A stretch of 63,654 nt of DNA, the filler included, from Reclinomonas americana ATCC 50394 (lineage: Eukaryota): assembly GCA_048213135.1 (NCBI GenBank). It is 8 parts of 4 records of this genome, joined end to end, with 100 filler letters (N's around TTAATTAATTAA, not from the genome) between each part and the next. Parts side by side here need not be neighbours in the genome. Positions count along the whole stretch, not along the records: positions 51,741 to 56,858 come from PS015076.1; positions 56,959 to 62,497 come from PS015077.1; positions 62,598 to 63,654 come from PS015095.1; 5 more parts are not named here. One strand, given 5' to 3'. Position 1 is the stretch's first letter. Each line of letters starts with the position of its first letter. This document shows positions 54,701 through 63,654 of the stretch, one piece after another. Position numbers and translations under genes: made by a program. The notes beneath the pieces are model-generated. The model was not told the origin of the DNA and ran no database searches. It saw only the letters and a list, made by a program, of their open reading frames with translations.

Positions 54701-56111
54701 GATGGCGACGCCGCTCGAGTGTTGCGTGCAGCTGCCGAGCGTGTAGAGTGGGGGAAGAGTTTGCTTACCCCTCGTGATGTAAACAGGGCGCCCGCGCGTG
54801 CCGAGCCTGATTTACCTGGAGACCAGCACTCTGTGGCGCCAGGAGCACAATGGTTTCAGCCACCAGAACCCGAGCTTCATCAACACCGTGCTCAACAAGA
54901 AGGTTTGTTTCGTCCCTCATTGATGTTCTTGGCGGCTATGATGCCGACGAATTTCATGCAGGCGCACTTTGCTCGCGTGTACCTGCCGCCTGATGCCAAC
55001 ACTCTGGTCGCCACCTACCACCACGTGCTGCGCTCGACCAACAAGTGCTGCCTGATTGTGGCACCCAAGTACGAGATGCCGCAGTGGTTCACGATGGAGG
55101 TCAGTCGCAGCACCACTCTTTGCCTGTTGTTGATGAAAGCAGCGGTCTCACCTACTCTTTACAGGAAGCACTGGCTCACTGCCGTGCCGGCGCCGGCGTC
55201 TTCAAGTGGTGCAGCACCGACGATGGCGAGAACCCCGACGTGGTGCTCTGCGGTATCGGTAGCGAGGTGTGTGACTGGAGAGGAGTGCTTGAGTGGCATA
55301 TCTGGCTGCTGACTTTTTCTGTGTGTAGGTGATGGTGGAGACGGTTATGGCCGCTCGCATTCTCTTCAAGAAGCTGCCGAAGCTGCGCATCCGCGTGGTC
55401 AACGTCACCGATCTCTGTTGCGTGCATGATTCAGTCGCCATACTCCCGCTGACCAATGAGCTCACTTTTTTCCTCCGCGCTGCAGTGGTGCTGTCGACCG
55501 ACCACCAGCACCCGCATGGCCTGTGCGACGCTCAGTTTGCGTCGCTCTTCACTGCGGACAAGCCGGTGATCATCAACTTCCACGGCTACCCGTCGGCCGT
55601 CAAGGAGGTGAGCAACACTGTACGTATACTCCTTCGCCATTTGTCACTCACCAACCCCGACTGCAGTTGCTGTTCGATCGCCCGAATACGGCTCGCTTTA
55701 CCATCCATGGCTACATGGAGGAGGGTGAGTGTGACCCCGCCCACGCATCCCTTGTCTGCACACACACCGGCACTCACACTGTTTTCGCCCAACAGGAACC
55801 ACCACCACGCCGTTCGACATGCACGTGCTGAACAAGACCGATCGCTTCACGCTTGCCCGCGAGGCGGTTGAGTTCGGTGTTGCGGGCGGCAACAAGGCCA
55901 TTGAGGCCGACGCCCTGGGCCTGCTCTCGCACTTTGCCTACCTGCTGCGCGATCACCACCAGTTTCGTCGCTTCATGCACACTGTCTTCGCCTCGCTGTT
56001 GCTCATCTCACCCCCCCCCCCCACAGCTACGTGCGTCAGTACGGCAAGGACGCCGACCACATCCTGCTGTATCCGGATGCGCCGTCGACGGAGGGCTCCT
56101 CGTCAACATGA
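50841..56111 (+). CDS. xfp: Xylulose-5-phosphate/fructose-6-phosphate phosphoketolase, 23 exons
   Basis: Spliced motifs [133 protein letters not shown] and [14 protein letters not shown]. Confidence 0.97.
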
Positions 56112-56343
56112 TGAGTGCATGCGCTCCCTTACCGTGTTTTGTTGTTGAGCGAATGGGAAGGAAAAAATTGAGCAAGTTTGTCAATGAAATATCGACCATC
56201 AGTGTTTAATTATTACTGAAGGGGGCATCGACAAGTGTCGGAGGGCTCCCTTGCTGAATACACTCATTCCCGTGTTGTTTCACGGAAAAGGGAGGGAAAC
56301 AATCTTGCAAGCATTGTACAATTGCAATTGTGGTCCATTTTAA

Positions 56344-56702
56344 TCATTGTGCCGCATGCAACGCCGCCACTGCCTGCTGCGCCATTTCGAGTTCCTCGTC
56401 GGTGGGCACGACCAGCACCTTGATAAAGTGCGAGTCCGCCGCAGCGTCGGGTGGTGGCGAGCGACTGATCTCCCACGCCTTGTGGCCCTGCTCGCGATGA
56501 TGCCGCTTGGAGACGGTGTTCAACGCGGGATCGATGGCCAGGAAGCCTCGCAAGCAGCGCAGACCGCTGTAGAGGGACATAGGAGTTAGCGCGTTGCAGG
56601 GGAGGAAGGCGGTGGGGCACGACGTACATGCATATTTGTTCGCGGATAAAGGCGCTGTTCTCGCCAATGCCGGCGGAGAAGACAATGGCGTCCAGCTCGG
56701 CG
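56344..56702 (-). CDS. ackA: Acetate kinase, last two exons (5' part missing)
   Basis: AELDAIVFSAGIGENSAFIREQIC ... IKVLVVPTDEELEMAQQA are the acetate kinase C-terminal signature motifs. Confidence 0.9.
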
Positions 56703-57592
56703 CTGTGGGAGGGGAAGGGATTAGAGGGGAGAGGATGGGAGGGGGAGGGAAGGGAGGGAGGGAAGGAAGGGAGGGAAGGAAGGGAGGGAGAGAAGGGAGG
56801 GAGGGGAGGGAGGGAGGGAGGGGAGGGAGGAGGAGGAGGAGGAGAGAGAGAGAGGAGGNNNNNNNNNNNNNNNNNNNNNNNNNNNNNNNNNNNNNNNNNN
56901 NNTTAATTAATTAANNNNNNNNNNNNNNNNNNNNNNNNNNNNNNNNNNNNNNNNNNNNGAGTAAAAGTCGACAAACTGCACACAAAAACAAAGAGAGCAA
57001 GTGAGATATTCACAGATTCCTTCTCGAAATCATGTCTCATGTGATGTGTGCATGAGAGAGAGCGCATTGAGTGAGTGTGTGACAGTGAGAAAGTTCTCCT
57101 GTGTGTCTTTCTCTTTGGTGTTTGTTTGTTTGTTTTGGGCATCACCATCGCGCACACACACACATACAAACCATGCAATGTGCTGTCGAGGATGTGCGGC
57201 AGAGGCAGTGGCCTGCGCCCACACTCCGCTAAAGATGCGAATCACGTGGCCGCGCAAGCGCGACGCAGTGAACATTTGTGTGTGTTTGTTTGTGGCAAAT
57301 GAATTTTCCCGATGCGAAGTTGTGTGCTGTGGATAGTAGTGCCAGTGTCCACCGTGTGGAGGAGAGACAAGTGATGTATGTGGGAAAACCTGCAATGCTG
57401 CTTGTTGCAGAGAAAACGAGCATGAGCAACTTCGCAATTTGACTTCGCGATCGCGCAACTGCAAGCTGGCCATGAGAGAAGAAGAAGACGCAAGTGCTCA
57501 GCATAAAAGAGGCAACTGTAGGAAGCATGCATAACCCGTGCATGTCCTGGGGGTTCAGAACCCACCGAACGAACCTCGCTGCGAGAGACTTC

Positions 57593-58693
57593 ATGGCCTC
57601 CTCTTCTCCCCCTGATCCACCGCTCTTCGAGTTCTCCAGAGTCCGCATGAATGCACCTGGGTGCGTGTACTCTGTCGCCGTCACACCCGACGGGCAGTAC
57701 ATTGTCAGCGGTGGTGTTGGCAATGTTGTGTGCGTGTGGTCGCTGGCGAATGGAGAGTACGTGTGGAGGCTGAGAGGGCACAAGGCGGCGGTGATGTCTG
57801 TCGCCGTTGCTCGTGATGATGACGGGCAGCTGCTTGTTGTCAGTGGAGGCTACGACTTGACTGTTCGCGTGTGGTCGCTGGCGAGTGGGGAGGAGGTGCG
57901 ACGCTTTGAGGGACACACTCGCTATGTGCGGTCGGTGGCGGTCACTCCCGACGGTCAGCACGTTGTGAGTGGTGGAGGCCGTGGGGACGGCACTGTGCGA
58001 GTGTGGTCCACGGCGAGTGGAGAGGAATTGCGACGAATCGAAGGGCGCCCTGCAGCTGCAGACGAAGTGTTTTCTATCGTCATCACTCCCGATGCTCAGC
58101 ATTTTATCACTGCGACTGGAGACACCAACGTGGTACTGTGGTCGTTGGCGAGTGTCAAGCAGGTGCGACTGTTTGCTAGCGATCAACGGGTGCGCTGTAT
58201 CGCAATTTCTCCCTGTGGTCAGCACGTTGTGGGAGGCGGCGACAGATCGGTGTCGGTGTGGTCCATGGTGAGCGGCAAGGAGGCTCGGCGTCTCCGTGTC
58301 TCGGCAACATCTGTCGCCATCACAAACGATGGCCAGCACGTCGTGATTGGTGCGGACCGGTGCAACGTTTTGCGAGTGCGGTCTGTCGCGAGCGGGATAG
58401 AAGTGCAACGGTTGGAGGGGCACAGTGACGCAGTGCAATCTGTCGCCATCACGTACGACGGCGAGCACGTGGTGAGTGCGGGCAGCGATGCGACGGTGCG
58501 TGTGTGGTCGACGGCTCGCGGCCTTGCCGGCATCGACCTTGGTCAGGCACGCCTGGCCATGCGCGCTGTTCAGGAGATGCAGGAAACCGATGAGGAGATG
58601 GATCCACGCTGCCTGCCTGAAATTGTGCTGCGCTGCTTCATCGTCGAGGATGCCGAGGTGGTGCTCTTCCGAAGTCGCACAGATCGTCTTTAG
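57593..58693 (+). CDS. WD40-repeat protein B, intronless, paralogue of A
   Basis: Same repeat consensus (VRVWSLASGEEVRRFEGH, VAVTPDGQHVVSG) and the same C-terminal RGLA...ARLA...VLRC...VE(D/E)AEV tail. Confidence 0.9.
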   Translation: MASSSPPDPPLFEFSRVRMNAPGCVYSVAVTPDGQYIVSGGVGNVVCVWSLANGEYVWRLRGHKAAVMSVAVARDDDGQLLVVSGGYDLTVRVWSLASGEEVRRFEGHTRYVRSVAVTPDGQHVVSGGGRGDGTVRVWSTASGEELRRIEGRPAAADEVFSIVITPDAQHFITATGDTNVVLWSLASVKQVRLFASDQRVRCIAISPCGQHVVGGGDRSVSVWSMVSGKEARRLRVSATSVAITNDGQHVVIGADRCNVLRVRSVASGIEVQRLEGHSDAVQSVAITYDGEHVVSAGSDATVRVWSTARGLAGIDLGQARLAMRAVQEMQETDEEMDPRCLPEIVLRCFIVEDAEVVLFRSRTDRL

Positions 58694-58768
58694 CTGTGAT
58701 GGTGCTCCTGATGACTTTTGACACCAACATTTGTTGCTGTCCTCCTGCATTCCGGTAATTAAGCTGCG

Positions 58769-59040
58769 CCGCAGCCTCAGGGCAACTAGAACCATCGCGT
58801 CGCTACTGCAGCACACCCAGCTTCAACGATTTCAGCTTCTACGTATACGTAGGCCGCTGACACTATTTGCTCCACGTAATCCTTTTGAGGCCAACACGCG
58901 TTTGATTGGCTTTGCCTCCTGAAAGGGAAGATGACTGTTGGAGAAGTATGTATATTGTTGGTGTGCCAAGGTCATTGTCGGCAAGGGATTTGTGGGCGTC
59001 TGTCGCATTATTGGAATGTGGTGAATGAAGTGTTTTGTTT
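58769..59040 (+). repeat. Dispersed repeat, copy 2
   Basis: Co-linear similarity, with insertions, to the reverse complement of 6007-6211. Confidence 0.85.
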
Positions 59041-59282
59041 GAGGCAACCAGCATTCGACTTCCTAGAATGCCAGCGTTCCGATGTTTCTGGCTGTCTCAT
59101 CTGGTGCTCACTCGGGATAATCATCGTCATGCTGCTGCGTTGATGTTTTGGAGAGTAAACTTGTTGGATATCAAGGGATTTGTCGCATGCACATTATTGG
59201 TGCATGAAGTGTTTGCTTTTCCTCGTTTCGTCCCCTTCCTTGTCCCCCCGTTCCTGTTGTCGTTTGCTCGCATTTGGGTGAG

Positions 59283-62125
59283 ATGGCAGAGCAGCAGGTG
59301 ATGTGCATCTCTCTCTCTCTCTCTCTCTCCCTCTTTCCCAAAGCCTTGCTCTCTCTCTTCGTCTCACCAATATGATATCCGCAGGATTGGGCTCTCGGTG
59401 ATGAGTGTGCCATCGATATGTCGGCTGCGGGCTACCTCGGGGGCGGCGCTGTTGCGTTCATGCCGTCCCTCTTGCTGTCGCCCACACGTGCTTGTTGCCA
59501 CTGACCGCTAACTGTGTGTGCGTCTCTTTGTCTGTCTCTCTCTCTCTCTCACACACACACACACTCTCTCTCTCTCTCCCTGCGCATTCCTTGCCATGAC
59601 AGTGTTGCGTTTGCATTCGTGTTCGGAAGAATGTTGCAATGAGACAACTGAGTTCTTTCTCTCTCACTCTCTCACTCTCTCTCTCTCTCTCACAGTCGGG
59701 CAGTGCCGTCGCGCCAGGTTTGTGTCTCTCTCTGCCTCTCGCCGACTTCGTCTCGTTCGTTCACTCGCTCACTCATACGCTGTTGCCAGACTGGAAGTAG
59801 CGGTCAAGGTATGCGCCAGAGAACAGCGTCATTGCGGTTACCTATTCTTACCCCTCTCTCTCTCTCCACACCGCAGCGCGTGTCTCTCCACTTGGAGTTC
59901 GTATCTCTCTCTCCCTCCGTCCCTTGCATTCTGCAGAGCGAGTTGACTTTCGTGTGCAGGCATCACATGTCCAAGTTCTACGTCCAACGGTGCTTCATCT
60001 TCCCCGCCACCCGCCGATCTTGCTTTGCTCTTACCGCCTCTGCAGTGTGCTCCGCGAGCTTCGCCTGCTGTCGCGCTTGTTCCACCCCAACGTTTCGCCC
60101 CCTTCCGTTGGCTTCCCCTCATCGTCGTCGTCTCTCACTCGCGATGCAGGTCATGCGACTGCTCGATGTCAAACCGCCGGGTCCCCGCTTCGAGGACTTC
60201 CACGAGGTCTACATTGTGACGGAGGTTGTCGACCGCGGCTCGTTGGAGGCGTTGCGTGTTGCATTGTTTTGCTTGCAGCGTAGCAGCTCGCAGCATGGCT
60301 CACGTCGCCACCACACAGTGCGATGGCTCCGCAGTTCCTCGGTTCGAATACCGACGTGAATCACGATGATGAGATCAACCGGCGTTTGATCATGTACGAC
60401 ATTGCAAAGGCGCTCAAGTACCTTGGCGACTCGAAAATCTTGCACCGCGACCTGTTGCGTCTCGCACGATCTTTGCAGTATTTTGACGCAGAGGCGCTGA
60501 TCTTTTGTGTGCTGCAGCGCGCCCAAGAACATTCTGCTGTTCTCGCGAACAGACGGCAGGCTGGGAGCCAAGGTAAGTGTCGATGCGGCCACCACGGATG
60601 TGACGAAAGGGCGGCGGCTGACGTGCATGTCTGCCAGGTGTGCGACCTCGGCTTGTCGCGTATGATGCTCGAGTTCCCGGGAGAAGGCAACAAACACACG
60701 GAGCTGGTGCAGACCCTCACGTATCGTTGCGTTGGAGAGTGTGTGTGAGTGGAGGCCTCGTTGTTTGCGTGTGAAAGGGTAGTAGAAGTAGAGAGTACGA
60801 CACTCGTTGGCGATGCACAGATCACCGTTGCCTGTAATATTTTTTATCTGTTGTGATCAACCTCTCACCATCGCTCGTCCCAACAGGTGCTCCAGAAGTT
60901 CTCGTGCGCGCGCCATACGATTACCGAGATATGTGGGGAATTCACTTGTGTGTCAACTCTACTTTTTTTGCCTTGCTGACATCTGCCGTCGCTTCGTCCT
61001 CCCAGCACCCGACCTGTGGAGCTACGGTTTGTGCGTGTGCGCGCACGTGTTGTCGATTGCTGCGCTCTGATTTTCTCCTTGACTCTACACAGGCTGCATT
61101 CTTGCCCGCATGTACAACTTCAGAAATCTTGTTGTGAGTCGAGTCATGTGGTGCCTGTCGTGCGCACCTTGTTTTTCATTGATTTATCTGCCGCAGCGAA
61201 AGTCAGGCTACGGTCCGTGCTGGCAGCAATTTGAAAGGGAGAGTGATGGTTGCTTACCAGTGATTGTTTGTCGCGACCGCATGCGCAGATTACGAAGTGT
61301 ACGAGGCGGTCTTTCATGGCCAGACAGGTCTGTCTCTCTGTCGCCTGCATCGATTCATGTACGCACTCACTGACTGAGTTGACCATGCGCAGAGACGGCT
61401 CAGTTGACTCAAATCATTCACGCGATCGGCTTGGATGAGCGGGTCAAGGCATGGGTTCTTGAAAACGGTCAGAGTCCCATGAAGGATTGGCTCAATCGCC
61501 AACCAGTCCGCGAGTCTCCTGGCTGGCGATCGGTGTTGCCTGACGGACCGGATGACGGTAGGCGTTGCGCGGACGTGTGCACCACGCACACATGGATATA
61601 TCGCTCACGCACGCGTTTCAATTTTTCGTTAACGTTGTCTCACAGCGCTGGATCTCATCGACAGGATTTTGCAGGTGCGAGTTCATATCAGTGACTTTCT
61701 TGTAGCAGCACACTCAGCGGTGCAGTGCAGTTCATCCCAAACGATCGGAATCGACGCCTGCAGAGAGCGGAAGACGACGACAAACTGTTGGATGGAGTTC
61801 TGAGCCACCCATACTTTGATCCCATCCGCCAGTTTGTTGTTGACTCGCACGACGTTGCGTAGTTTATTGTTTCCGGGTGCGTGCATTAGTGGTGGCAGCT
61901 TCTCACGGTTTGACCTCGCATATACTTGCAGGACGCTGTGCATTTGCCGGTCGGTCTCGACGAAGAATTCGCATTTGAAGATGTAATTCACGAGCTCAAC
62001 GTCGACGATTTGCGTGGTACGTGTGTCGGTGAAGATCCCCGTGACAACGTGATAATGACAACTGCGCAGTGGCCATGTGGGATACTGTTCGCAAGTTCCA
62101 TCCGGAGTTGCCGGCAGCTCGTTAA
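59283..62125 (+). CDS. Atypical MAP-kinase-like Ser/Thr kinase built from about 22 mostly tiny exons
   Basis: Spliced reading: YLGGGAFGQCRRARLEVAVK, RVLRELRLLSRLFHPNV, FHEVYIVTE, LHRDLAPKNILL, KVCDLGLSR, HTELVQTLTYRAPEV, DLWSYGCILA, ALDLIDRILQF, LSHPYF, EFAFED. Confidence 0.85.
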
Positions 62126-62293
62126 CAGCTGCCTCTCGACTCTTCCTCATGCACATGCCCGCGCCACAATTGGTGGGCCTTCTTATGGCACCGCCCCCGA
62201 GCAATGTCGGGCAGATTACAAAATTAAATCCTGTCAATTCTGTCGGATTTCATGCAGTCTCCAACGCCATTGGCGATTGATTTCCACACAACT

Positions 62294-62497
62294 ATGAGCG
62301 AGGACGACCACGGCAAGAAGATCTGCTGCTACTTTGTCCGCGGCAACTGCCGGCATGGCGACGCCTGCACGAACGCGCACACATACGAGAGCTGGAGGGC
62401 GGCGATTCCGTGGGGCGGTAAGGGCCGGTTTAAGGCCGCGGTGGCCGCGCAACGGGGGTACCTCGAGGACGCTGGTCTCGAGGGTTTTGCCGACACA
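62294..62497 (+). CDS. CCCH zinc-finger protein, N-terminal fragment
   Basis: MSEDDHGKKICCYFVRGNCRHGDACTNAH has C-x7-C-x5-C-x3-H spacing. Cut by the gap. Confidence 0.7.
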
Positions 62498-62597
62498 NNN
62501 NNNNNNNNNNNNNNNNNNNNNNNNNNNNNNNNNNNNNNNNNTTAATTAATTAANNNNNNNNNNNNNNNNNNNNNNNNNNNNNNNNNNNNNNNNNNNN

Positions 62598-63654
62598 GCC
62601 TTGGTCTTTGGCGGCGTGCCTCCTCGGCGCTTGTTGTTGCCGCTCGATGCCGGCTGCTGCACGATCCACTCGCCCGAGTTGGAGCGGTCGTTGGGATTGC
62701 GCTTCGGCGGCGGCGGCGCCGCCTTGGGAGCAGTCGCCGTTGGCTGCCGTCGCATGGCCGGCGCCGGTGCCGTTCCGCGCGTGCTCTTCTCCTTCGCGTA
62801 CTCCTGCAGCACCTCGTTCAGCTTCTTCGCCTCCTCCTTCTTGATGCGCGGTCGCCAGTTGTTGGCCTCGAGCTCGACCAAATCCTGCAGCATGAAGCGC
62901 GTGCGGGTCGAGAACCCGTCGTTCTCGCTCAGTGTCACCATGCGGCGCACGTAGAACTTGACCTTGGCCTGGTCGAGCGAGGGGCCGACACCGGTCGTCA
63001 GCAGCGACGCCAGCAACTGAATGTCGTCCTCCGACGGCACGCACTCTGGCGCAATGCCCAACAGTTCCTCAATGATGCGCAACACAATGCGCATGTTCAG
63101 CATGCCGCTGCAGCCGAGGTGGCCGACCAGGTGCAGCACGCCGAGGCGGTGCGCACGCAGGCGCTGCTGCCGCTCCAGACGCTCCTCAGCGTCCAGACTC
63201 GCCAGCTCTGCACTGTGATCGACATCCAGCTGCTCGTAGGCCTCCTGGCAGCGCTCCAGCAGCGATCGGCGCAGCAGCGTGTCGGCATCGTGCGCCACAT
63301 CCTTGCAGTGCGCCACCAGGTCACGACACAGCCGCACATACATGGCAGCATAGTGGCGCTGCAACACGCCAAAGTGGAACACGGTGGCGGCAACCACTTG
63401 CATCGTCACCGTCAAGTCCTCCTCCTTCACGGCTCCAATCAGCGTGTTGAGTCGGTGCAACAGCTTGTCGTACTTCTCCGGCGTCAGCTTCACCATGATG
63501 CGGTGCAACTCGAGCTTGAACACCTCGAGTGGCGTCTGCGGCACTGGAGCCAGGCGGAGTGGGCGACGGCTCGCCGTCGCAGTCGCAGTGGAACGCGTTG
63601 CGCCAGTTCGCCACGACCCCGCAGTCTTCTTCGTCTCTCCTGCCGCAGTGGTGG
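62598..63654 (-). CDS. MIF4G-domain (eIF4G-like) protein, partial at both ends
   Basis: IMVKLTPEKYDKL, YAAMYVRLC, LRRSLLERCQEAYE, RLGVLHLVGHL, PSEDDIQLLASLLTT and RTRFMLQDLVELEANNW are MIF4G motifs. Confidence 0.85.

Overview
This is eukaryotic nuclear DNA from a GC-rich, very intron-dense, probably flagellated protist (a CEP70-like gene is present); it is not prokaryotic. The window is eight draft pieces joined by artificial N44-TTAATTAATTAA-N44 linkers, with further N gaps at (GA)n/(GT)n microsatellites. I built gene models by hand from reading-frame continuity, without transcripts. They are: a secreted-protein start, a deoxynucleoside kinase, a Zn2Cys6+PAS factor, a second PAS protein, a >26 kb Cys-repeat/TM/coiled-coil receptor-like gene, part of eIF2-gamma, a CEP70-like gene, an uncharacterised conserved protein, an MRH-domain protein, a small membrane protein with a repeat-filled 1.27 kb intron, two related WD40 proteins, phosphoketolase tail-to-tail with acetate kinase, an atypical MAPK-like kinase, a CCCH-finger fragment and a MIF4G protein. 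The most striking signal is in splicing. There are two 5' splice-site classes: ordinary G|GTNNGT and a one-base-shifted H|GTTNNGT (mostly GTTGCGT). The shifted class is about a third of the introns and is used almost only when the exon does not end in G. The kinase gene also appears to need a 1-nt exon and an AT-AC intron.
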